From an uncultured Chloroflexia bacterium (lineage in GTDB: Bacteria > Chloroflexota > Anaerolineae > Anaerolineales > Anaerolineaceae): DNA of 32,000 nucleotides. The translations under genes were made by a program, and so were the position numbers. Location: contig OY969938.1 in the NCBI GenBank assembly GCA_963704755.1, forward strand, positions 2,790,001 to 2,822,000, given 5' to 3'. The notes under the pieces were generated by a model. That model was not told the origin of the DNA, did no database searches, and saw only the letters and a program-made list of their open reading frames with translations. Position 1 is the first letter of the stretch. Every line of letters begins with the position of its first letter. Below, one piece after another: positions 13,009-20,750 of this stretch.

Positions 13009-15765
13009 TCAATTGCGTAACGGAAATAAGATCCGAAAAGTTGTACAACTATTTTCGATAGCCACGCTTATTTCTCCACCGTGTTGGTGGACAATTTCGC
13101 GGCAAAGGCTGAGCTCCATGCCTAATCCACGCCCCTGTCCGGCCGGCAGAAGTTGTGGCTCGAAAATCAGTTCCTGTTGCTCGACCGGCACCGGCGGACC
13201 GTCGTCGCGGATCGAGATCTCCACCTGGTCTGTTTTGACGGCAGAACGGACCCAGATGTTCTTCGTCGGTGTGTCCGACGAGGAATGGGCGGTCAAGAAG
13301 AAGTTTACCCATAAATCGATCAGTTTTTGCGGGTATCCGTCGATTGGCGGCAAATTGTCCGGCAGATCAACGTGCAGGTCGATCTTGGCGCCCTGAATGT
13401 GCGGCCCGACCAGCAGGATGGCTTTCTGGACCGTTTCTTTAATATTCACCGGCTCAGGCTTTTTCTGCTCGGGCTGGGAGAATTTGAGCAGTTCGTCCAC
13501 CACCTGCTGGATGCGCCAGCCGGCTGTGACGATGGCCTTGGCCGAGTTGCGCGAGAGTTCATCCGCCGAGAGCTCACGGGTCAATAATTGGGCGTCGCCA
13601 ATGATCGTGGTCAGCGGGTTGCTGATCTGGTGGGCCACGCTGGAGGCCAGTTGCCCGATCGAAGCCAGGCGGGTGGATTGGACCAGCCGGCTTTGAGCAA
13701 TACGTACCCGTTCCTCCATCACTTTGCGGTCGGTAATATCTCGGCCAACGCCCTGGATCTCGCTAAACGTATCCGCCTGGTCGCGGATGGCGCGCATAAC
13801 CCATTCCTGCCAGTGTACCTTGTGGTGCGGGCCGGGAATGCGATGTTCGATGGTGGTCACCGGCGAGGTGGTGCTGATCGAGCGGATGCTGGCCCAAAAG
13901 GCTTCCCGGTCCTCTTCCGGCACCAGATCGATCAAGGAAGTGCCCACCAGGGCTTCGCGGTCTTTGCCAAAGAACTGGCAGAAGGTTTCGTTGACGAAAG
14001 TGAGGGTCAGGTTGGTGGTGATCCTGCAGATCAACTCGGTCTGGTGATCCTCGACGATGGCGCGGTATTGTTCTTCGCTTTTGCGCAGGTCGTGGTCGTA
14101 ACGGGCCTGCACCAGGCCTTTCACCAGCACCTGGGCGATGTCTTTGAGCAAGTAGTCGAACTCGGTTTTCCAGCCGATGGACTGGTGCAGGCTGCCAAAA
14201 ATCAACAACCCAAACACCTGGTCCTTGAATACCATCGATACACCCAGGAGTGAGCGCAGCGGTGTCTGGAACATTTTGGAAAGCCAGTGTTTGCCGCTGG
14301 CTTCTGGCCCGGCCACGTCCTGCAAATAAAAGACCTGGCCTTCTTTCAACCGGTCGAGCAGACGCGCTTCGATTTCTTCGCAGAATACCGGCGGTTCTGC
14401 CGGCGCGTCGTTGGCCTGGACCAGGTAATCGATGTTGAATCCATCCTCGTGGTTGAGGACGATTACCCCAAATTCGGCCTTGACGAAGAGCATCACCGTC
14501 TTCAAGGCCCAACGGAATTCCTGGTCGGCATTCTCGCCGGTCATGTTGATGAAGCGGGCCGAAATGTTCATGGCCAGCTCCTCGCTGTTCAGGCGATCGC
14601 GTAACTGGTTTTCGGCCAGTTTCACCTGCGAGATGTCGCCGAACACGCCCAGGATTTCACTGACGTTCCCTTTGGAATTGCGCGAGAATACGGTATCCAG
14701 GCTGCTCAGCCAGCGCCAGCGATTGGCATTATCCTTGAAACGGTACTCGATAGCCGCGGAAATGTTCTCTTTTGCGTTGCGCAGTTGCGCGAAATGGGCC
14801 GCCAACCGGGGAAGGTCGTCCGGGTGGACCCGCCCGGAAAACCCCTGTACGTCTGTGTTGACCAGCTCCACCCACTCGACCCCGACCAGCTCGTTGATCT
14901 TTGGGCTGACGTATTTCAGGCGGTTCTCTTCGATATTAATAATGAAAATGATGTTCGGAACGGCATCCAGAATATGTTGGATGAGGTTCTGGCTGGTATG
15001 CAGGGTCTCCTGCTCGATTTTTCGAGAGGTAATATCGCGGGTGACATCCATGAATCCGCTGAGCAAGGCGATGCTGGGATCATCATAAAGCGGTGATATC
15101 ACCGAGCTGATCCAGGTCAGGCTGCCATCGGGATTGCTCAAATAGCGTTCTTCCAACAGCTTTTCGCGGGTGCCCGCATCGGCCGGGATGGGCGGGTCGA
15201 AGAGCGAAAAATACACCTGGGCAGCCGCCTGGCCGATCATCTTCTCGGCTGGCTGGCCGAAAAGTTCTTCAGCCGCCCGGTTCCAGTATGTGATGATCCC
15301 TTGCCGGTCCCACACCACCACCGCGTCCAGAATATTATCCAGCAGCCGCGACTGGTACATGATCTTCCGCAAAGAAGTCTCCATGGTGTGGCGCAAGTCG
15401 CGCATCTGGATGGCCTTGTCGATGTAGGCCGGGAGCGTATCAAAGGACAGCTCGCTTTTGATCAGGTAATCGATCGCGCCCTTCTGGATGGCGCTGGCGG
15501 CGATCTTTTCGTTCCCTTCCCCCGTCATCATGATCGTCGGTATTTTGATCCCGCGCGTGCGCATTGCGTCCAGGATATCGATGCCGGTGGTATCGCTCAG
15601 CCGGTAGTCCAGGAACAGGACGTCGAATTCCTCGCTTTGCACCGCTTCCCAAAAGTCTTCGCTGCGTGTCACACAGGTAACATTAAAGTTCAGAACCGTC
15701 TTGACGTATTCGCCAAGCATATCCGCCAGATCGCGATTGTCATCCAGAATTAAAATATTGGCCAT
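13009..15765 (-). CDS. Hybrid signalling protein: N-terminal receiver + PAS/PAS/GAF/PAS + HisKA + HATPase_c
   Basis: REC (ILILDDNRD, DVLFLDYRLSDTTG, IMMTGEG, DYLIKS). Several PAS-like blocks and a GAF-like block. H-box LASSVAHQISNPL and G-box GRGLGMELSL. First gene of the minus-strand three-gene signalling operon. Confidence 0.9.
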   Translation of the reverse strand: MANILILDDNRDLADMLGEYVKTVLNFNVTCVTRSEDFWEAVQSEEFDVLFLDYRLSDTTGIDILDAMRTRGIKIPTIMMTGEGNEKIAASAIQKGAIDYLIKSELSFDTLPAYIDKAIQMRDLRHTMETSLRKIMYQSRLLDNILDAVVVWDRQGIITYWNRAAEELFGQPAEKMIGQAAAQVYFSLFDPPIPADAGTREKLLEERYLSNPDGSLTWISSVISPLYDDPSIALLSGFMDVTRDITSRKIEQETLHTSQNLIQHILDAVPNIIFIINIEENRLKYVSPKINELVGVEWVELVNTDVQGFSGRVHPDDLPRLAAHFAQLRNAKENISAAIEYRFKDNANRWRWLSSLDTVFSRNSKGNVSEILGVFGDISQVKLAENQLRDRLNSEELAMNISARFINMTGENADQEFRWALKTVMLFVKAEFGVIVLNHEDGFNIDYLVQANDAPAEPPVFCEEIEARLLDRLKEGQVFYLQDVAGPEASGKHWLSKMFQTPLRSLLGVSMVFKDQVFGLLIFGSLHQSIGWKTEFDYLLKDIAQVLVKGLVQARYDHDLRKSEEQYRAIVEDHQTELICRITTNLTLTFVNETFCQFFGKDREALVGTSLIDLVPEEDREAFWASIRSISTTSPVTTIEHRIPGPHHKVHWQEWVMRAIRDQADTFSEIQGVGRDITDRKVMEERVRIAQSRLVQSTRLASIGQLASSVAHQISNPLTTIIGDAQLLTRELSADELSRNSAKAIVTAGWRIQQVVDELLKFSQPEQKKPEPVNIKETVQKAILLVGPHIQGAKIDLHVDLPDNLPPIDGYPQKLIDLWVNFFLTAHSSSDTPTKNIWVRSAVKTDQVEISIRDDGPPVPVEQQELIFEPQLLPAGQGRGLGMELSLCREIVHQHGGEISVAIENSCTTFRILFPLRN

Positions 15766-16024
15766 AACTTTATCGATAGGTACCAGTATGGGAAGAAGGT
15801 TAGCCCATTGGCGTCTGTGTGCGGATCGGTTGCTTGAGTGAAGTCAGGGAAAGAAGGGCATCCGGAAACAGAATTGCGCCCGGATTGCAAATGGAAGAAT
15901 GTCGCGCCGAATCCGGTAGATTTTATCCGAAAACTGCGCTAAGAGTGGATTTCCGCAGTTAATTAATATCACGATTTTCATATTTGGGATACATCTCGAA
16001 GTTTGCATAAATGAAGGGAAGTAG

Positions 16025-16077
16025 CGAAGTAGATGTGTTGGCGGCGGGCTTTGCCCGCCGCCAACACATCTACTTCG
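16025..16077. repeat. Perfect hairpin: 25-bp stem with a TTT loop
   Basis: 16025-16049 (CGAAGTAGATGTGTTGGCGGCGGGC) is the exact reverse complement of 16053-16077. Checked base by base. Confidence 0.95.
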
Positions 16078-16108
16078 GATTCTAATTGCACAGCCTGACG
16101 GGATTCTT

Positions 16109-16149
16109 TTTTATTATTTTTGCTTGCGAAGCAAGCAAAAATAATAAAA
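16109..16149. repeat. Perfect hairpin: 19-bp AT-rich stem with a GAA loop and a GCGAAGC apex
   Basis: 16109-16127 (TTTTATTATTTTTGCTTGC) is the exact reverse complement of 16131-16149. The arm start TTTTTTATT and the apex resemble the 6326-6390 hairpin. Confidence 0.95.
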
Positions 16150-16190
16150 CATCTTGTACTTCTGGGATGGCCGATCAGGCACCAAAAATT

Positions 16191-16224
16191 AAATCTAAAG
16201 GCGGCGCCAGCCGCCTTTAGATTT
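16191..16224. repeat. Perfect hairpin: 15-bp stem with a GCCA loop
   Basis: 16191-16205 (AAATCTAAAGGCGGC) is the exact reverse complement of 16210-16224. Confidence 0.93.
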
Positions 16225-16283
16225 TTAGCCGTTCTTTATATTGCTTTCACGACCAATTTACGTGAAAGGAAATGCCGATGTGT

Positions 16284-16309
16284 TAAAGTTTTGCTTGGGA
16301 AGCCAGAAT
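16284..16309 (+). promoter_or_regulatory. Weak candidate sigma-28 (FliA/SigD)-type promoter upstream of flbD
   Basis: TAAAGTTT (16284-16291) matches the enterobacterial extended -35 exactly. GCCAGAAT (16302-16309) follows after 10 nt, whereas the consensus is GCCGATAA after 11 nt, so the -10 element matches only partly and the spacing is off by one. Lies about 48 nt upstream of the flbD ATG. Confidence 0.2.
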
Positions 16310-16356
16310 TGTATCTATTGGCTTGCGTATAGATTGTTTGGAAAGGATGAAGGCCC

Positions 16357-16563
16357 ATGATCACAGTGACCCGGTTGAATGGAAGCCAATATTGTTTGAA
16401 CCCGGATTTGATCATGACTGTTGAAAGTACGCCTGACACCGTGGTGACCCTGATCAATGAAAAGAAATTCATCGTCAAGGAAAGCCCTGAGAACATTCGG
16501 GAACAATATATCGCTTATCGCCGCCGCGTTCTGTTTAATCCTTCCGGCGGGGATCTAAGTTAG
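16357..16563 (+). CDS. flbD: Flagellar protein FlbD
   Basis: 68 aa: MITVTRLNGSQYCLNPDLIMTVESTPDTVVTLINEKKFIVKESPENIREQYIAYRR. This is the characteristic FlbD sequence pattern, and it sits directly upstream of motA as in Firmicutes and Spirochaetes. Confidence 0.9.
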   Translation: MITVTRLNGSQYCLNPDLIMTVESTPDTVVTLINEKKFIVKESPENIREQYIAYRRRVLFNPSGGDLS

Positions 16564-16580
16564 AGTTTGGGGAGACCTTT

Positions 16581-17402
16581 ATGGATCTGGCAAGTATCAT
16601 CGGTCTGGTAGCGGGAATGCTGGTAATCGTTGTCGTCTTGGTTATGGACGGCGGTTCGCCGCTCGAACTGTTCGCTCATCCGTCGGCCATTCTGCTCATT
16701 ATTGGCGGCTCTCTGGCGGCGACGACGATCACATCCTCGGTTAAAACGGTGACTTCGTTACCTACTGTGATCGGTCAGGTTTTCAAAGCCCAGAAATTCG
16801 ACGTCGCCGAATCAATCGAGCTGATTGTCAAAATGGCCGACCGGGCTCGCCGCGAAGGGCTGCTGGCGCTGGAAGAGGATAGCAAGAAAATCAACGACAA
16901 GTTCCTGCAGAAAGGTGTCATGATGGTCGTCGACGGGGTGGACCCCTCGCAGGTGCGCGCCATCCTGGAGACCACGATCGAGCAGACCGCGGCCCGTCAC
17001 CGGATTGGCTACGGTTTCTTTGCCGCGGCCGGTGGGTTTGCGCCGACTTTCGGCATCATCGGTACGGTGATGGGGCTGATCAGCGTGCTAAAGACCCTGG
17101 ATGACCCCAGTGCCCTGGCGGCAAACATCGCCGGCGCTTTCCTGGCTACCCTGTGGGGCCTGCTGACGGCTAACCTGATCTACCTGCCGTTGGGTGGTAA
17201 GCTGAAAGCCAAGAGTGAAGAAGAATCGCACATGCGCTACTTGCAACTGGAAGGCATTTTGGCCATCCAGGCCGGGGAAAACCCGCGTATCGTCCGTGAA
17301 AAACTGAACGCTTACCTGCCCCCGGCGGCCCTGAAAGCTGAGGGTGAAAAAGCGGGCAAACAGGCGAAGAACCCGGCCGCGGCGAAGAAGGTTGAGGGCT
17401 AG
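16581..17402 (+). CDS. motA: Flagellar stator protein MotA
   Basis: Four-TM MotA/TolQ/ExbB pattern (FAPTFGIIGTVMGLISVL, AFLATLWGLLTANLIYLPLGGKL). GGGGAG ribosome-binding site. Followed by motB. Confidence 0.95.
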   Translation: MDLASIIGLVAGMLVIVVVLVMDGGSPLELFAHPSAILLIIGGSLAATTITSSVKTVTSLPTVIGQVFKAQKFDVAESIELIVKMADRARREGLLALEEDSKKINDKFLQKGVMMVVDGVDPSQVRAILETTIEQTAARHRIGYGFFAAAGGFAPTFGIIGTVMGLISVLKTLDDPSALAANIAGAFLATLWGLLTANLIYLPLGGKLKAKSEEESHMRYLQLEGILAIQAGENPRIVREKLNAYLPPAALKAEGEKAGKQAKNPAAAKKVEG

Positions 17403-17405
17403 AAA

Positions 17406-18185
17406 ATGGCACACGGCGGTGGCGGCGGTGAAGAAAGTGAAGGCAGCAGCGAGCGCTGGCTGGTTAGCTATTCGGACTTTATTACTCTGCTGATGGTGCT
17501 CTTTGTGGTGTTGTATTCGATGGGCCAGGTGGACGTACAGAAATACAAAGAACTGGCCGCCAGTATGCGGGATGTCTTTTCGCTGGGCGGAGCTCCCGCC
17601 AGCATTGTGGACACCCAAATCAACCAGACCAGCGGCGCTATCGAAGATGGGCAGCCCAAACCGATTGCGGTCCCCGGTATTCCTGAGTCGCCCCCCCAGT
17701 CGGAAGAAGTGGCCAGCCAACTGACCCAGATGTTATCTTCACAGAACCTCGGTAATGAAGTCAGCGTGCAGACCAATATCGATGGGGTACTGATTTCTTT
17801 AAGCGAAAAGCTGCTCTTCCCCAGTGGTTCCTCCGATTTGCCCGCCGATGCCAAACCGGTCCTGGATACGATCGCCAATATGCTCAAACCGATCGATAAC
17901 AAGATCCGCCTGATCGGGAATACCGACAACTCGCAACCAACCAATTCGCGCTATGCCAACAATTGGGACCTGTCCCTTGCCCGGGCAATGGCCGTGGCTA
18001 ATTACCTGATCAATGCCGGCATAGATCCCTCCCGTTTGATCGTCTCTGGCCAGGGCCAATATAACCCGGTCTTTGCTAACGATACCGCCGAGCACCGGGC
18101 CCTGAACAGCCGGGTGGATATTGTGATCATTTACCAGGTCGATAGCAGTGTACTGGGTACCGATTCGATCGGTGTTACGCCTTAA
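17406..18185 (+). CDS. motB: Flagellar stator protein MotB (OmpA-like C-terminal domain)
   Basis: ERWLVSYSDFITLLMVLFVVL contains the conserved channel Asp at the TM start. C-terminal OmpA-like peptidoglycan-binding motifs are present (NWDLSLARAMAVANYL, NRALNSRVDIVI). Confidence 0.93.
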   Translation: MAHGGGGGEESEGSSERWLVSYSDFITLLMVLFVVLYSMGQVDVQKYKELAASMRDVFSLGGAPASIVDTQINQTSGAIEDGQPKPIAVPGIPESPPQSEEVASQLTQMLSSQNLGNEVSVQTNIDGVLISLSEKLLFPSGSSDLPADAKPVLDTIANMLKPIDNKIRLIGNTDNSQPTNSRYANNWDLSLARAMAVANYLINAGIDPSRLIVSGQGQYNPVFANDTAEHRALNSRVDIVIIYQVDSSVLGTDSIGVTP

Positions 18186-18215
18186 TGGGCATATTTATTT
18201 TGGAGTCATCCGTCC

Positions 18216-18816
18216 ATGAAAAATAAAGCCAGCAGTGTTTTGAACATCATCATCCGCGTTTTGCTCATTTTGGTCATTGTTGTGGTTGGTTTGATCTCGC
18301 TGGCGACGGCTTATATTGTGTTCGCTCCGGATCAGTATCCCAAGCCTTTCCACCTTTCGTATATTTATCCCACCGTTGACCCGGATATTCCCAGCCCGAA
18401 CTCTTACCCCCTCGCCGACCGTGAAAGTATTCAAGCCGGGCGATGGTGTGATGGTCGATATGACCACCAAGATTATCAACCTGGCCGATACGAGCAGCCG
18501 GAAGTACATCCGCGTGACGATTGTGTTGGAGTTTGTGCCGGACGCTTTGATGACACCCCAGCCGGAGGAAATACCAACGGTCAGCGGTGGAACCGCCCTC
18601 ACCGATCCGATGGCAATTCTGCAGGCTTACGTCAATGCGCGCATGCCGATCCTGGATGATACGGTCATCACCCAGCTTTCGACCAAGACCTATGATGACT
18701 TGTACACAGCCGAAGGCAAAGAAGCCCTGCGGCAAGAGCTGATGAAAGCCCTGGCCGCAAAAGTGCCGGATTACCAACTTTTGAACGTTTATTTCACCGA
18801 ATTTGTGGTGCAATAA
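18216..18816 (+). CDS. fliL: Flagellar basal-body-associated protein FliL, interrupted by a +1 frame discontinuity near 18407-18411
   Basis: The frame of 18216 encodes the N-terminal TM anchor (NIIIRVLLILVIVVVGLISLATAYIVF). The frame of 18316-18816 encodes the FliL domain (IINLADTSSRKYIRVTIVLEF...PILDDTVITQLSTKTYDDLYTAEGKEALRQEL...LLNVYFTEFVVQ). Neither ORF alone is a complete FliL. Confidence 0.75.
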
Positions 18817-18818
18817 CC

Positions 18819-19865
18819 ATGCTATCTCAATCGGAAATCGATGCTCTGCTGAACGGAGCCATTGAACTGGATCAGAAGGACGGCCAGAGTGGGATTAACC
18901 TGGCCGACCTGATGACTCAGTCCGGTGACCGCCCGCATGAAGAGAGCGAAGGCAGCGGCAAGCGCAAGATCCAGAACTATAACTTCTGGTCGCCGGACCG
19001 CTTCTCGAAAGAGCAGATGCGGGCAGTCGAGCTGATCCATGAAGATTTAACCGAGCGCTTGACAACTTCTCTGCCGACTTTCCTGCGCACCAACGTCCGT
19101 CCGCGCCTGGTTCACATGGAGCAGGGCCGCTTTCACGATTTCCTGAACGATTTTCCGGTCAACTCGCTTTTTCACATGCTGGTCCTGGCGCCGCTGCCCG
19201 GCCAGATGATTATTACGCTCAGCCCCAATCTGGCGTATGTGATCCTGGAGCAGCGCCTGGGCGGAAAGATGGAAGGCCTTTCGAATGAACGGCCGCTGAC
19301 CGAGATCGATCAATCCCTGCTGCGCGGTTTAGTGGAGCACATGCTGGGAGATATCAAAGCCGCCTGGAGTAAAGTGGTCACCATCGAACCGTCTTTGGAA
19401 GATTCGACCACCAACCAGCATTGGGTGCAAATGATCGTTGGCAATGAAAGGGTGATGCTGCTCACCTTCGAGATCAATATTCAGAACGTGACCGGTACGA
19501 TGAGCGTCTTTATTCCCTTCAATACCTTGAAACCGATCGCCAATGAGCTCAATCCGCACATCTGGATCGCCGGGCGTAAAGAACACCAGCGAGACATGCA
19601 GGCTCGCCAGCGGGTAATCGAAACATTGCAGGATGTCGTCTTGCCCATCGATGTTGTCCTGGGCGAAACCCATCTATTTGTAGGTGAAATCCTTAAACTT
19701 CAAGCCGGTGATGTTATTCAATTGGATAAGCAAATCACCGAACCCCTCATCATCAGGGTTGCCAACCGCTCTCAATTCTGGGGCAAGGTTGGTCGCAGCG
19801 GCAAACATATTGGGGTACAGGTCAGTGGTGTGGTTCGCGACCCGCTTGAAGACGATTCGAATTGA
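18819..19865 (+). CDS. fliM: Flagellar switch protein FliM
   Basis: The N-terminal CheY-P binding motif LSQSEIDALL is present. 348 aa with a C-terminal SpoA-like domain. Followed by fliN. Confidence 0.95.
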   Translation: MLSQSEIDALLNGAIELDQKDGQSGINLADLMTQSGDRPHEESEGSGKRKIQNYNFWSPDRFSKEQMRAVELIHEDLTERLTTSLPTFLRTNVRPRLVHMEQGRFHDFLNDFPVNSLFHMLVLAPLPGQMIITLSPNLAYVILEQRLGGKMEGLSNERPLTEIDQSLLRGLVEHMLGDIKAAWSKVVTIEPSLEDSTTNQHWVQMIVGNERVMLLTFEINIQNVTGTMSVFIPFNTLKPIANELNPHIWIAGRKEHQRDMQARQRVIETLQDVVLPIDVVLGETHLFVGEILKLQAGDVIQLDKQITEPLIIRVANRSQFWGKVGRSGKHIGVQVSGVVRDPLEDDSN

Positions 19866-20227
19866 TGAGAGAGAGCGCTATGGGTGAAAACGAAGATTTA
19901 ACTGTCGAAAGAACCGCTTCGCAACCGGAACCCAAGATTGTCCCTTCCAGGGATGTCAAAGCCGCTGTGGGTAACGCGGGAAACATGGACCTGTTGATGG
20001 ATGTTTCCCTTTCGGTGACGGTGGAACTGGGCCGGGCGCGCATGCCGCTGCGCCAGGTGCTGGAGCTGCAAAGCGGCTCGGTCATCGAGCTTGACCGCCT
20101 GGCCGGCGATCCTGTCGATGTATTTGTCAACAACCGCCTGATTGCCCGTGGCGAAGTGGTGGTGGTGGATGACAAATTCGGCGTCCGGGTCACCGAACTG
20201 GTCTCCAACGGGAAAGCCAATTCTTGA
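19862..20227 (+). CDS. fliN: Flagellar switch protein FliN
   Basis: SpoA domain VSLSVTVELGRARMPLRQVLELQSGSVIELDRLAGDPVDVFVNNRLIARGEVVVVDDKFGVRVTELV. The start is ambiguous: TTG 19862 or ATG 19865 overlap the fliM stop, and ATG 19880 is an alternative. Confidence 0.92.
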   Translation: MMRESAMGENEDLTVERTASQPEPKIVPSRDVKAAVGNAGNMDLLMDVSLSVTVELGRARMPLRQVLELQSGSVIELDRLAGDPVDVFVNNRLIARGEVVVVDDKFGVRVTELVSNGKANS

Positions 20228-20748
20228 TGACCAACCCGTTAGAAACTCTCAAGAACTGGTACCTCCACAGCAGTCCCAAGAAAAAAGCCCTGGCCGGGCT
20301 GGCGTTGATCAGCCTGGTGGCCTGCGGAGCACTGTTATTGAGCAGCGGCGGCACGGATGGCGCCGCGGGCGGTGTCGGCGACAGCCCCTTTTATTACCTG
20401 GGCGTGATGCTCAAGCTGGTCGGTGTGCTGCTGCTGATCGTGGGCGGCGCGGTGATGCTCCTGCGCTGGCAGAAGGCGCCCCGGAAAGGCTTCAATGCTC
20501 GCCGGTTGGCCCGCGAAGAGACGATCCGCCTGACACCCAAGCAGGCCGTCCACCTGATTCGTGTTGGGGACCAGCATTTCTTGATTGGCGCTACCGATCA
20601 ATCTGTCTCGTTGATTTCGGCCGTGGATTTGCCGGTCGAAGAAAACGCCCCGGCCATTCCGGTCGGTTTGGATTTTTCGCAGTTGCTGCAAAACGTGGCC
20701 GGCCAGGGTGGCAGTGATCGCCCCGCCGGGCTCGAAAGGAACGGTTAG
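20227..20748 (+). CDS. fliO: Flagellar export protein FliO (FliZ-type)
   Basis: Located between fliN and fliP. Has a single strong TM (LGVMLKLVGVLLLIVGGAVMLL) followed by the conserved FliO block IRLTPKQAVHLIRVGDQHFLIGATDQSVSLIS. ATG 20227 shares its A with the fliN TGA stop. Confidence 0.8.
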   Translation: MTNPLETLKNWYLHSSPKKKALAGLALISLVACGALLLSSGGTDGAAGGVGDSPFYYLGVMLKLVGVLLLIVGGAVMLLRWQKAPRKGFNARRLAREETIRLTPKQAVHLIRVGDQHFLIGATDQSVSLISAVDLPVEENAPAIPVGLDFSQLLQNVAGQGGSDRPAGLERNG

Positions 20749-20750
20749 GC

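Noticed and set aside
2642-14599. HIP1-like octamer GCGATCGC (seen at 2642, 2726, 5033 and 14592)
   Set aside because: I counted only four copies against roughly one expected by composition. All are inside coding regions and they show no positional pattern. This is too weak to call without a genome-wide count.
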